From the NCBI GenBank assembly GCA_934097085.1, contig CAKONK010000002.1:8496-72495 (forward strand): DNA of 64,000 bases, read 5' to 3'. Shown here in pieces: positions 10,105 to 18,395 of this stretch (position 1 is its first letter; every line of letters begins with the position of its first letter). This DNA comes from an uncultured Bacilli bacterium. Its GTDB lineage: Bacteria > Bacillota_I > Bacilli_A > RF39 > UBA660. A program made the position numbers and the translations under genes. Below the pieces are notes generated by a model. It had not been told where the DNA came from, searched no databases, and saw only the letters and a program-made list of their open reading frames with translations.

Positions 10105-10343
10105 TATTTAAAATATCCTAAAATCCATGATACGAATTGAGTTGTGACAAGTGCAGATACACCTGCAATTATTGTAGTTTTTATTTTTCGATCATAACTT
10201 GCTTTTTGATTATCATCACTTGATGCCATTTTAAGAGCGTAGTCTTTGGCGACAAAAAAAGCTGTTCCACCAATCACGAACAACCTTAAATATCCCATAG
10301 CGTCATTTATTAATTTTAAAACATCCTGTAATATGCTTTCCAT
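10104..10343 (-). CDS. Small two-TM membrane protein (Maff2/VirB2-like candidate)
   Basis: 79 aa with two hydrophobic helices flanking a short polar loop. Size and context resemble the small pilin-like or Maff2-type proteins of Firmicute conjugative elements. This is a weak assignment. Confidence 0.3.
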   Translation of the reverse strand: MESILQDVLKLINDAMGYLRLFVIGGTAFFVAKDYALKMASSDDNQKASYDRKIKTTIIAGVSALVTTQFVSWILGYFK

Positions 10344-10466
10344 TAGTATATAGCTCCTAGCAATAGTTTTGCATTTTTGTTATAATATGAGTAGTCGAAT
10401 AAAATGAGTGCTTTGTTTTTTCGACTTTTTTTATACAATAATTTGTTTATAAAAAAATCCCTCCCA

Positions 10467-11210
10467 TTATGTGTTCTCATTATCGTATTCAAATTGTAAT
10501 TTTAGTTGAATTCCTTTTTGAATTCTTTTTTTTATAACTTCACAATATTTGTCAGTAAGTTCAATTCCGATCCATCTTCGATTTAGAACTTCACATGCTA
10601 AAAGGGTAGACCCACTTCCACTTGTGAAATCCAAAACTAGGTCACCTCGTTTAGAATAGGTAGATACAATATATTCCATCAAAACAATTGGCTTTTGTGT
10701 GGGATGATATAAATCAGTTTCTCTTGCAAATTGAATAACATTTCTTGGAAAATTAGCTTCCTCTTGGGTATAACTAACTTTTTCATCACTTTTTTTATCA
10801 CCTAAATAATTTATAGGTTTTGTTGTGACTTTAAGATTAACTGGAATAATACCTTGTGGAAAATATCTCATTGGTGGTTTAGCAGATGCAACAGCACCAC
10901 ATTTCGAAAATATCATAATATCTTCATAACATCTTAATGGTTGATATTTAGCATTTTGAAATCCTGTTACTTGTGTTTTTATCCATTTCCAATCATAACG
11001 ATAGAATTTAGGATTACTCATCCTCAAACTACTACTAAATGGCTCATTGCCAAAAAGGACAATAGCACCATCATCTTTAATCAATTTGGAAAGCTTATCC
11101 CACATTTGATCAAATGGAATAATTTGATCCCATGAATATGATGTTACAGCATATGGCGGATCCGTTATAATTGCATCAACTTTAATTCCTTGTTCAATAA
11201 GATAATCCAT
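10467..11210 (-). CDS. DNA methyltransferase, N6-adenine/N4-cytosine (DPPY) class, orphan
   Basis: IITDPPYAV catalytic motif near the N-terminus and a C-terminal AdoMet motif DLVLDFTSGSGST. No adjacent nuclease is visible. The reading frame stays open upstream to 11291 and encodes conserved-looking ...GKLYKGDCLKV but has no in-frame start (see finding). Confidence 0.85.
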   Translation of the reverse strand: MDYLIEQGIKVDAIITDPPYAVTSYSWDQIIPFDQMWDKLSKLIKDDGAIVLFGNEPFSSSLRMSNPKFYRYDWKWIKTQVTGFQNAKYQPLRCYEDIMIFSKCGAVASAKPPMRYFPQGIIPVNLKVTTKPINYLGDKKSDEKVSYTQEEANFPRNVIQFARETDLYHPTQKPIVLMEYIVSTYSKRGDLVLDFTSGSGSTLLACEVLNRRWIGIELTDKYCEVIKKRIQKGIQLKLQFEYDNENT

Positions 11211-11345
11211 AACTTTTAAACAATCACCCTTATATAATTTACCTAATCTTGTAGAGTAGTATGGATTACAAGTTTCTAAATTTTCACCTCCTTATCTTAT
11301 AAATTTAGTTTTTTTATAACGAGATCCCTATAAACTCGTTATTAT

Positions 11346-11840
11346 TTATTTAATTAAATCAACAAATTTATCTAAACCACTTTTTAAACAAAATTTAATA
11401 ATTGCACTTTTCCTAACTTGTGTAATATGTTTTGAATATGTTTTATATTTTCCAATTATTTCTTGATCCGTTAATCTATCAACAAATGTTGCATCAAAAA
11501 TATCTTTTTCATCTTTATTTAAAGTAGAGTAAGCAGAGAAATAGCAGTTTAAAAAATTACTCATTTTTTCTTCATCTTTCATATTTTTAATTATAATGCT
11601 CTCAATTTTAGAATTAGTATTTCTTTGAGAAGAACCATATTTTTCCCCATAAGATGCAATTGACGATGAATTATAATTATACCCACACTCTAATGTAAGT
11701 AAAAAATTTTCTACAATATCAAGTGTTATAAAAATTAATTCTTTAAATTTTTCAATGGGATACTGATTAGCAACATAATCGTTTAAAAAGTCAGTTCTTC
11801 TTTTTCTCATAATTTCTTCCTCCAAACAAAAAGAGAGCAA
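11346..11840 (-). CDS. Sigma-70 region-4-like / ArpU-like transcriptional regulator
   Basis: The C-terminal RLTDQEIIGKYKTYSKHITQVRKSAIIKF resembles the HTH of small sigma-like regulators of phages and conjugative transposons. The probable true start is MRKRRTDF. Confidence 0.45.
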   Translation of the reverse strand: MLSFCLEEEIMRKRRTDFLNDYVANQYPIEKFKELIFITLDIVENFLLTLECGYNYNSSSIASYGEKYGSSQRNTNSKIESIIIKNMKDEEKMSNFLNCYFSAYSTLNKDEKDIFDATFVDRLTDQEIIGKYKTYSKHITQVRKSAIIKFCLKSGLDKFVDLIK

Positions 11841-12198
11841 AGACTATTAACAAGTCAGTTTGCTCTCTTGTAATTATTACTGCTATTATTAAAAAAAGGG
11901 GAGAAGGTTCTTTGTTGATTTTCATCAGTATAATAATCTCTATGATAATTAATCCAACCCATATTATTCAATCCCCCAAAGTATTACGATATAAGACCGT
12001 TTTTAAATACTTGTTGACTATAATAGCATTCGGTATTTTTTAAGTCAATTCCCAATTTGTGGAATAAATGAAAAAAGGATTTTTTTCATCCTTCTTCATA
12101 ATTATGACTTATTATAATCATTTTATCCCTTGACTTTATAAAAATCAAACACTTTATATGATAAATTATAAACTCTTTATAAACTCCTTTTACTTTGT

Positions 12199-12471
12199 TT
12201 AGCCTTGATTTACATAGTCTTTCGAGGTTTCATATACTAATATATCATCTATTTTGCAATCTAAAATATAACAAAATTTTGCAAGTATTTCTGAAGTAAA
12301 AGCATAATTGTCACCATAATAATATTTTTTCACTATTTCATATTTAACATTTGCTAATTTACTCATAGTACTTATTGATATATGTTTCTTATCCATTAAA
12401 ACATTTAATTTAATTTTTACATTTCCAAAATCAGTTTCATAATCAATCTCCTTAATATTCACAATAGCCAT
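12199..12471 (-). CDS. XRE-family helix-turn-helix regulator
   Basis: ISISTMSKLANVKYEIVKKYYYGD...LAKFCYILDCKIDDILVY matches the Cro/C1-type HTH pattern. Confidence 0.65.
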   Translation of the reverse strand: MAIVNIKEIDYETDFGNVKIKLNVLMDKKHISISTMSKLANVKYEIVKKYYYGDNYAFTSEILAKFCYILDCKIDDILVYETSKDYVNQG

Positions 12472-12621
12472 CCTTTCTTGAACAAAAAAAGAGTAGTATC
12501 ACCAAAGCCAAGGATAATACTACTCCCAAAATAATTTTTACTACTATATAATTATAACACAAAAATCGACATTTAAATTATCAAAAATAACTACTCATTT
12601 AAAAGTAGTTATTATATAGTT

Positions 12622-13029
12622 CTACTGAAGAACTTTAAATAAATATTCTAAGAAGTCATTTATATTCAAGAAGTTTATTTTATCAAGATATTTCAAAAAT
12701 AATAAATGTATATCTTTTTTTGTAGATGATTTATTTAATGTTATTTCTAATAATTCTTCTTCTTTATTTATATATAATTTAAGAAAATAATACTTATTCA
12801 TTTCATAATCAAGTTTATTTCCATAATTTTTTTTCTTTTCAGGAATGGATTTTTCGTAAGTTAATAGATTTATAATATAAGGATGTTTTTCTATTTGTTT
12901 ATAATCAATAGCATAATCACTTATATTTGATTTAGAACCTTTAGTATCCAATACAAAATTATTTATATTAAAATCATTTTTTTTATTTCTAATTATATCT
13001 TTTAATCTTTCAAATTTATCCATAAACAA
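12622..13029 (-). CDS. Hypothetical protein
   Basis: 135-aa ORF. No motif recognised. Confidence 0.35.
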   Translation of the reverse strand: MFMDKFERLKDIIRNKKNDFNINNFVLDTKGSKSNISDYAIDYKQIEKHPYIINLLTYEKSIPEKKKNYGNKLDYEMNKYYFLKLYINKEEELLEITLNKSSTKKDIHLLFLKYLDKINFLNINDFLEYLFKVLQ

Positions 13030-13073
13030 CCACCTGCAAAAACATTATAACACATAACATACATTATATAATA

Positions 13074-13337
13074 CTATTTGTGATTTTTTTCTATTTTATC
13101 AATATCATCCTTATTATATATAAACTGCTGTATAAGTTTTGTATTTTCAATATCTACATTAGGATGTTTGTCTTCACCTTCAACATATTTAACTAAGTGC
13201 CTAGACAATTTTTCAATATCCTTTTCAATATCAGCTGGAAAACAACAACTATATTTCATGTCGATAGCATCAATTAATTGTAATGTTACAAATAATCCTT
13301 CTTCAACTTCATGATTCTCATAAACATATTTACTCAA
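13074..13337 (-). CDS. Hypothetical protein (TTG start)
   Basis: 87-aa ORF. RBS AGGTGA lies 6 nt upstream of the TTG start. No motif recognised. Confidence 0.4.
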   Translation of the reverse strand: MSKYVYENHEVEEGLFVTLQLIDAIDMKYSCCFPADIEKDIEKLSRHLVKYVEGEDKHPNVDIENTKLIQQFIYNKDDIDKIEKNHK

Positions 13338-13429
13338 CTAAAATCACCTCGTTTGAGATGTTAACTCTCATGAAAAAATTAATCAAGTCAGTTTGCAAAA
13401 AAAATTAATTATGTGTATAATGGTCTCAA

Positions 13430-13467
13430 TAGAAAATAAAAATACTAGTAAGATTTCTTACTAGTAT
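13430..13467 (-). terminator. Rho-independent terminator downstream of tRNA-Trp
   Basis: Perfect 11-bp stem (ATACTAGTAAG at 13442-13452 paired with CTTACTAGTAT at 13457-13467) with a 4-nt loop, followed on the minus strand by TTTTTATTTT. A second, smaller hairpin lies at 13477-13494. Confidence 0.6.
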
Positions 13468-13501
13468 ATATATATAAATCGTTTAAAAACGATTGATTTT
13501 C

Positions 13502-13575
13502 TGGCAGGGGTAGAAGGATTTGAACCCTCGCGAATGGTTTTGGAGACCATCATACTACCACTATATTATACCCCT
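13502..13575 (-). tRNA. trnW: tRNA-Trp (anticodon CCA), complete, CCA end encoded
   Basis: The reverse complement is AGGGGTATAATATAGTGGTAGTATGATGGTCTCCAAAACCATTCGCGAGGGTTCAAATCCTTCTACCCCTGCCA. It folds as a cloverleaf with anticodon stem ATGGT/ACCAT, loop CTCCAAA and T-loop TTCAAAT. Confidence 0.9.
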
Positions 13576-13770
13576 ATAAATGCTCAATTAAGAGCAAACA
13601 ATTTATATTATAAAATGATATATTATTATCATTTATAAACTAATTTAATTCGAAATGATATGTTTCAAATTTATACTTATGCCACCAAAAGTGCCACCAG
13701 TTCAAAACATAACATTTGATAAACCCAGTAGTTATAAGGTAAAATCAGTCTTTTTAACTTTTATAACAAA

Positions 13771-13810
13771 GGTTTTGGAGACTCCTATGCTACCATTATA
13801 CCACGCCCCT
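13771..13810 (-). pseudogene. Truncated tRNA-Trp: 5' half only, ending in the anticodon loop
   Basis: The reverse complement is AGGGGCGTGGTATAATGGTAGCATAGGAGTCTCCAAAACC, followed by non-tRNA sequence. It shares only GTCTCCAAAACC with the complete tRNA-Trp at 13502-13575. It retains a near-consensus promoter. Confidence 0.75.
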
Positions 13811-13821
13811 ACGGCAAAAAC

Positions 13822-13850
13822 ATTATATCATAGTTAAACGCCGTAATCAA
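13822..13850 (-). promoter_or_regulatory. Sigma-A-type promoter in front of the truncated tRNA-Trp 5' half
   Basis: On the minus strand: TTGATT (13850-13845), a 17-nt spacer, then TGATATAAT (extended -10; TATAAT at 13827-13822). It ends 11 nt before the tRNA 5' end. Confidence 0.65.
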
Positions 13851-13887
13851 GCCAAAAATCGTGCATATAATTAAAGTGTACACCTAC

Positions 13888-13916
13888 TAGACAAAATTTT
13901 GTAGGTTTGATATAAT
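13888..13916 (+). promoter_or_regulatory. Sigma-A-type promoter (extended -10) driving the long leader/ncRNA
   Basis: TAGACA (13888-13893), a 17-nt spacer, then TGATATAAT (TATAAT at 13911-13916). Confidence 0.65.
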
Positions 13917-13921
13917 ATTTA

Positions 13922-14400
13922 TGTGGTGCATTATGCTAGTCACAATCACTATTTGAAGATGGGGCTAAAAATCCATTAATTGATACAATTGCACTTTATA
14001 TATTTGCTGCTTCTGCCCAAGTTGGGGTGAATATGTAATTTAAAATTATAGGGAAATCATAATGGCATATGACTAACCCCCTGTAGTTGAGCAAAAAAGA
14101 AAAGTTATTCATGTCGTGCGTGGTTATTAGGGATTTAACGAATAATAATGTTGATGAAATCTTAACTGCAAAAGCGAATAAGAATAGTTTAGATGTGTCA
14201 GGGAAAACCTCTAGCGTGTTATTTATTATAAAGATTGAAGTGCGGACTATGTGGCAATCGAGTCATTAGTTAGGCAACTACTAATTATTTTCTTTAAAGA
14301 GAAATCGCCTAAGGGTAACCAAGGGAGAGAAAATAGAGAAATTCAACTCGACCAAAGCCGTAAGATTAATTTATAATAAACCATAACATTTTTAATAACT
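13922..14400 (+). ncRNA. Candidate structured RNA or long 5' leader; its 5' part has c-di-AMP (ydaO-type) riboswitch-like motifs
   Basis: Roughly 480 nt between a strong promoter and the ORF at 14416. G+C is clearly higher than in neighbouring intergenic DNA. There is no convincing ORF or RBS. The motifs TTGGGGTGAAT (14022-14032), AGGGAAA (14050-14056) and GACTAACCCC (14071-14080) resemble conserved ydaO-motif segments. A cell-wall hydrolase gene lies downstream, which is a known ydaO association. Confidence 0.35.
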
Positions 14401-14415
14401 TTATAGGAGGGTTAT

Positions 14416-14931
14416 ATGAAAAAAAATAACTGGGTATATAAAGTTTTTTTATGGACTTTTATATTATCCACCATCTTCAGTTTCTCAACAAATTATTTAT
14501 CAAGTCATGCTAGCATAATAGTAATGATACTTATAATTTTACTTGTTATAGCAATTGGTATAATATTTGATATGATTGGAGCAAGCTGTCTTACTAGTAA
14601 AGAATCAACATTTCACTCAATGAGTGCAAAAAAAATTAAAGGTGCTAAAGAAACAATTAAACTTATTAAAAACAATGTTAAAATATCTAGTATATGTAAT
14701 GATATTGTCGGCGATATATGTGGTATTGTTTCCGGTGGACTTGGGGCTGTCTTAGCAATCTCAATTGCAAATGTAACTAAAGTTGATAAGTCTTTAATAA
14801 GTGTTATAACTGTGGCTTTAATTTCTTCGCTTACTATCGGAGGAAAAGCAATATTTAAAACAGTTGCTATTAAAAACAGTGATAAAATAATTTATAGTGT
14901 TGGAAAATTGTTAAGTTTTTTTAAGAAATAA
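14416..14931 (+). CDS. Integral membrane protein (about 4 TM), function unknown
   Basis: 171 aa. RBS AGGAGGG lies upstream. The protein has hydrophobic segments and a central amphipathic KIKGAKETIKLIKNN region. Confidence 0.6.
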   Translation: MKKNNWVYKVFLWTFILSTIFSFSTNYLSSHASIIVMILIILLVIAIGIIFDMIGASCLTSKESTFHSMSAKKIKGAKETIKLIKNNVKISSICNDIVGDICGIVSGGLGAVLAISIANVTKVDKSLISVITVALISSLTIGGKAIFKTVAIKNSDKIIYSVGKLLSFFKK

Positions 14932-14971
14932 CAATTTTCTTTTTTTATGCATATATTATAGCGGTGATATA

Positions 14972-15394
14972 ATGATAATTTCATATAATTCAAAAGAACT
15001 TGATTTACTTGCAAGAATAATGCGTGCGGAAGCATTAAATGAAGGGGAACTAGGAATGCTAATGGTTGGAAATGTTGTAGTAAATAGAGTTTTAGCAAAC
15101 TGTTTAACTTTTAAAAATATTAATAGTGTTTATAATGCAATTTATCAAAAAAATCAATTTGTGGGAACTACAAGTTCTTTATTCGAAGCAGCTGCGACTA
15201 CAATGGAAAAAAATCTAGCAAAAAGAATTTTAAATGGTGAGTATTATTATCCCGCAACAAACGCATTATGGTTTTATGCTCCGAAAAAAGGTGATTCTTG
15301 TAAAAATACTTGGTATACTCAAAACCTATCTGGAAGATATAAAAACCATTGTTTTTATAAACCGGATCCCGGAGTTTGTAAGGAAATCCATTAA
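14972..15394 (+). CDS. cwlJ: CwlJ/SleB-family spore cortex-lytic cell-wall hydrolase (Hydrolase_2 domain)
   Basis: 140 aa. LDLLARIMRAEALNEGELGMLMVGNVVVNRV...NQFVG...LWFYAP...WY...HCFYKP closely follows the CwlJ pattern (B. subtilis CwlJ is about 142 aa). Confidence 0.8.
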   Translation: MIISYNSKELDLLARIMRAEALNEGELGMLMVGNVVVNRVLANCLTFKNINSVYNAIYQKNQFVGTTSSLFEAAATTMEKNLAKRILNGEYYYPATNALWFYAPKKGDSCKNTWYTQNLSGRYKNHCFYKPDPGVCKEIH

Positions 15395-15406
15395 AAAAAG
15401 GCTAGC

Positions 15407-17503
15407 TTAACTAACCTTTAATTCATCATTGACATAATCAACATTAACTATCGTATTAGGTTTGATTTCATTATTTATAAGTTTTTTAGCAATTAATGTT
15501 TCTAGTTTATTATTAACAAGTCTTTTAAGTGGTCTTGCTCCATAATATTCATCATAACCATTATCTATGAAATAATTTTTAGCATTATCAGTAAGATTAA
15601 TTTTTACATTAATATCAATTAATCTTTTTTCAATTTCTTCGATAATCTTATCAAGAATTTCCTTTAAATCAGATTTTGACAATTTGTTGAAAATAATTAT
15701 TTCATCAAGTCTATTTAAAAATTCTGGTTTAAAATATTTTGGAAGTTCTGAAGTAACTTTATCTTCTTCACCATTAATTATATATTCACTTCCAACATTT
15801 GAGGTCATTATAATTATTGTATTTTTAAAATCCACTGTACGACCGTTAGAATCAGTAAGTCTACCTTCATCAAGAATTTGTAATAATAAATTTAGTACAT
15901 CTGGATGGGCTTTTTCAATTTCATCAAAAAGCACTATTGAATAAGGATTTCTTCTTACTTTTTCTGTAAGTTGTCCACCTTCTTCATAACCGACATAACC
16001 TGGAGCTGCACCTATAAGTCTTGATACAGAGTATTTTTCCATATATTCACTCATATCTATTCTTACCATATGATGTTCATCATCAAATAGTTCATATGCA
16101 AGACTTCTTGCAACTTCAGTTTTACCTACTCCTGTTGGACCTAAAAACATAAATGAACCAATGGGTCTATTAGGATCTTTGATACCACTTCTTGATCGAA
16201 TAATTGCATCGGATACAAGTTTTAAAGCATTATCTTGACCTTTAACTCTTTTTCTTAAATTATCCTCAAGGTTAAGAATTTTTTCTTTTTCACTACTCAT
16301 AAGTTTAGAAATAGGAATATTTGTCCATTTACTAATTACATTTGCAATATCTTCATTTGTAACAGTATCAGATAAAATACCCTCTTTACCCTTTTTAGAA
16401 AGATCATCAAGTTTAATTTTAAGTTCTGGTAATATACCATTTTTTATCCTTGCGGCTGTTTCTAAATCATAATTATTTTCGGCTTGTTCAAGTTCAAATG
16501 TATATTTAGATATGTCAGACTTAACTTTTTTAATATCTTCGTTGATTGATTTTTCCTCTTTCCATTTAGAACTCAATTCTTGTTCTTTACCTTTTAAATC
16601 GTAAAGCTCTTCATCTATCTTTTCAAGTCTTTTTATAGAAAGTTCATCTTTTTCTTTTTTTAATGCTTCTTTTTCAACTTGTAATGTTAATATTTTTCTA
16701 GTTATTTCATCAAGAGCTGTTGGAACACTATCCATTTGGACTCTTATTGTAGCACAGGCTTCATCAACAAGGTCTATTGCTTTATCAGGTAAAAATCTAT
16801 CTGTAATATACCTATTTGATAAAGTTGCCGCACTTACTAAGGCTTTATCTTGAATTGTAACTCCGTGATATATTTCAAATCTTTCTTTTAAACCACGAAG
16901 GATTGTAATTGTGTCCTCAACAGTTGGTTCAGATACGGTTACTTTTTGAAATCTTCTTTCAAGTGCACCATCTTTTTCAATATACATACGATATTCATTT
17001 AAAGTAGTGGCACCAATTACATGGATTTCTCCACGTGCAAGCATAGGTTTTAAGATGTTTCCTGTATCCATTGCACCTTCAGTTGCACCAGTTCCAACAA
17101 TTAAATGAATTTCATCAATAAACATTATTAAATTGCCTTCGCTTTTCTTAACTTCATCTAAAACCTTTTTAAGTCTTTCCTCAAATTCACCACGGTATTT
17201 AGCACCAGCAATTAATGAGGCCATATTAAGTTCCCAAATAGTTTTATTTTTTAAACTTTCTGGAACATCACCTTTAACAATTCTTTGAGCAAGTCCTTCG
17301 ACTATAGCTGTCTTACCTACACCTGGTTCACCAATTAAGACTGGATTATTCTTAGTTTTTCTAGAAAGTATTCTAGTTATACTTCTTATTTCTTCATCTC
17401 GTCCTATAATTGGATCAATTTTACGATTTTTAACGTCGTCATTTATATTACGTCCATATTTTTCAAGAACATTTTCATTTTCTTCATTATTTTGATTAAA
17501 CAT
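15407..17503 (-). CDS. clpB: ClpB disaggregase (AAA+ chaperone) lacking the N-terminal domain
   Basis: 698 aa. It starts at the ...[11 protein letters not shown]...[47 protein letters not shown] segment. It has two Walker A motifs ([16 protein letters not shown]) and a long coiled-coil M-domain between NBD1 and NBD2. Confidence 0.92.
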   Translation of the reverse strand: MFNQNNEENENVLEKYGRNINDDVKNRKIDPIIGRDEEIRSITRILSRKTKNNPVLIGEPGVGKTAIVEGLAQRIVKGDVPESLKNKTIWELNMASLIAGAKYRGEFEERLKKVLDEVKKSEGNLIMFIDEIHLIVGTGATEGAMDTGNILKPMLARGEIHVIGATTLNEYRMYIEKDGALERRFQKVTVSEPTVEDTITILRGLKERFEIYHGVTIQDKALVSAATLSNRYITDRFLPDKAIDLVDEACATIRVQMDSVPTALDEITRKILTLQVEKEALKKEKDELSIKRLEKIDEELYDLKGKEQELSSKWKEEKSINEDIKKVKSDISKYTFELEQAENNYDLETAARIKNGILPELKIKLDDLSKKGKEGILSDTVTNEDIANVISKWTNIPISKLMSSEKEKILNLEDNLRKRVKGQDNALKLVSDAIIRSRSGIKDPNRPIGSFMFLGPTGVGKTEVARSLAYELFDDEHHMVRIDMSEYMEKYSVSRLIGAAPGYVGYEEGGQLTEKVRRNPYSIVLFDEIEKAHPDVLNLLLQILDEGRLTDSNGRTVDFKNTIIIMTSNVGSEYIINGEEDKVTSELPKYFKPEFLNRLDEIIIFNKLSKSDLKEILDKIIEEIEKRLIDINVKINLTDNAKNYFIDNGYDEYYGARPLKRLVNNKLETLIAKKLINNEIKPNTIVNVDYVNDELKVS

Positions 17504-17530
17504 AATTCATTCCTCCTTTTTACGTATATT

Positions 17531-17572
17531 ATTATACTAAAAATATTAGCACTTGTCAATTGCTAGTGCTAA
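17531..17572 (-). promoter_or_regulatory. CIRCE operator (HrcA site) overlapping a consensus promoter upstream of clpB
   Basis: TTAGCACTT-N9-TAGTGCTAA at 17546-17572, compared with the CIRCE consensus TTAGCACTC-N9-GAGTGCTAA. On the minus strand, TTGACA (17559-17554) lies inside the CIRCE spacer, followed by a 17-nt spacer and TATAAT (17536-17531). Confidence 0.8.
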
Positions 17573-17616
17573 TTATATTATACACACAATATAAAAAAAT
17601 ATGAATTATTTTAAAC

Positions 17617-18395
17617 TCATATTTTTAGCTTTTGACCTATTTGTAATACATTTGTGGAAAGATTATTCTTTTTTTTAATACTATCAACTGTAGTATTATA
17701 TTTTCTTGCTATTGCCCATAGTGAATCGCCCTTTTGAACTGTATATATTACCTGAGACGATGGAACAATTAACTCCTGACCTATACTTAAAATATTGCTT
17801 TTTAAATTATTTAAGAATTTTAAATTATCTACTGTTGTTTCGTACATATTTGCAATTTTATATAATGTGTCGCCTTTTTGAACTTTATAAATATTTTGAT
17901 TATCTAGATTAACACTACTACCCTTTATTTTTAATCTTTGACCAATTGATAATAAATTTGATTTTAAGTTATTAATAGATTTAAGATCATTAACTGTCGT
18001 ATTATATTTTTTTGCTATACTCCATAGAGAATCGCCTTTTTGAACTATATAATAATCATTTTCTTCATTTGAACCCTTTAATGAATAAGGAACTCCAATA
18101 TAATTTGCAAGAGCCTTAACTACTGCTTCCGCCAAATCTTCCCAATTATTTTTAATAAGATTTACATCATCACCAGTACTATCTAAAAATCCATACTCTA
18201 CAATTAAAGTTTCATTATTAGGGGTATCCCTAAGTAAATAATAATAATCTTTTGAAGGATTACTTGGAAGTCTTCTTTGATAATATTTTCTAACATTTTG
18301 GCCTGATGATTCTAGTTCTTTTGCAATTAATTTAGATAGTGCATCACTATTACGAAGTGCATATATTACTTCGGCACCGTCGCCACCTGGTGAGT
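17617..18395 (-). pseudogene. C-terminal fragment of a split N-acetylmuramoyl-L-alanine amidase (second half of the Amidase_3 domain plus 3 LysM repeats)
   Basis: The frame is open from just after the TAA at 18396-18398. My translation is LNSPGGDGAEVIYALRNSDALSKLIAKELESSGQNVRKYYQRRLPSNPSKDYYYLLRDTPNNETLIVEYGFLDSTGDDVNLIKNNWEDLAEAVVKAL..., followed by three YxVQKGDSLWxIAKKYNTTV LysM repeats. No start codon or N-terminal half is present here. Confidence 0.85.

Larger units (their letters stand above)
1..13782. mobile_element. Right-hand portion of a conjugative element (ICE/conjugative-transposon-like; remainder off-window), ending at a tRNA-Trp junction
   Basis: Contiguous minus-strand block with a VirB4-like ATPase, PrgI/VirB3-like and VirB6-like membrane proteins, a sortase plus a sortase-anchored adhesin, an orphan DNA methyltransferase, and sigma-like and XRE regulators. 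The block stops at a complete tRNA-Trp and a truncated tRNA-Trp 5' half that share GGTTTTGGAGAC (13771-13782). No integrase or relaxase is visible in the window, so the boundaries are inferred. Confidence 0.6.

Noticed and set aside
10355-10430. Possible small plus-strand antisense RNA in the conjugation operon: a TATAAT-like box at about 10379, a 7-bp stem AGTCGAA/TTCGACT, and a T-run.
   Set aside because: The stem is short with a 20-nt loop, and the -35 is poor. The evidence is too weak without transcript data.
13385-13440. Plus-strand TTGCAA-17-TATAAT promoter-like sequence pointing into the tRNA-Trp terminator.
   Set aside because: It would produce only a very short transcript, antisense to the tRNA terminator. 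It is more likely a chance match in AT-rich DNA, or part of the minus-strand regulatory region of ORF 13074..13337.
13655-14269. Plus-strand track ORFs 13655..13837 and 14087..14269 (60 aa each).
   Set aside because: The first runs across the truncated tRNA-Trp and its promoter. The second lies inside the GC-enriched leader. Neither has a Shine-Dalgarno sequence, and both have odd composition. I treat them as non-coding.
13920-14400. I considered whether this non-coding stretch is tmRNA, RNase P RNA, SRP (scRNA) or the start of a group II intron (GTGCG at 14241).
   Set aside because: For tmRNA, there is no tRNA-like 3' end (GGTTCGAnTCC...CCA) and no plausible ...ALAA-type tag frame. For RNase P, there is no GAGGAAAGTCC P4 motif on either strand. 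For SRP, there is no GGTCCGGAAGGAAGCAGC domain IV motif. For a group II intron, there is no domain V or reverse-transcriptase ORF and there is too little space. Only short fortuitous similarities were seen.
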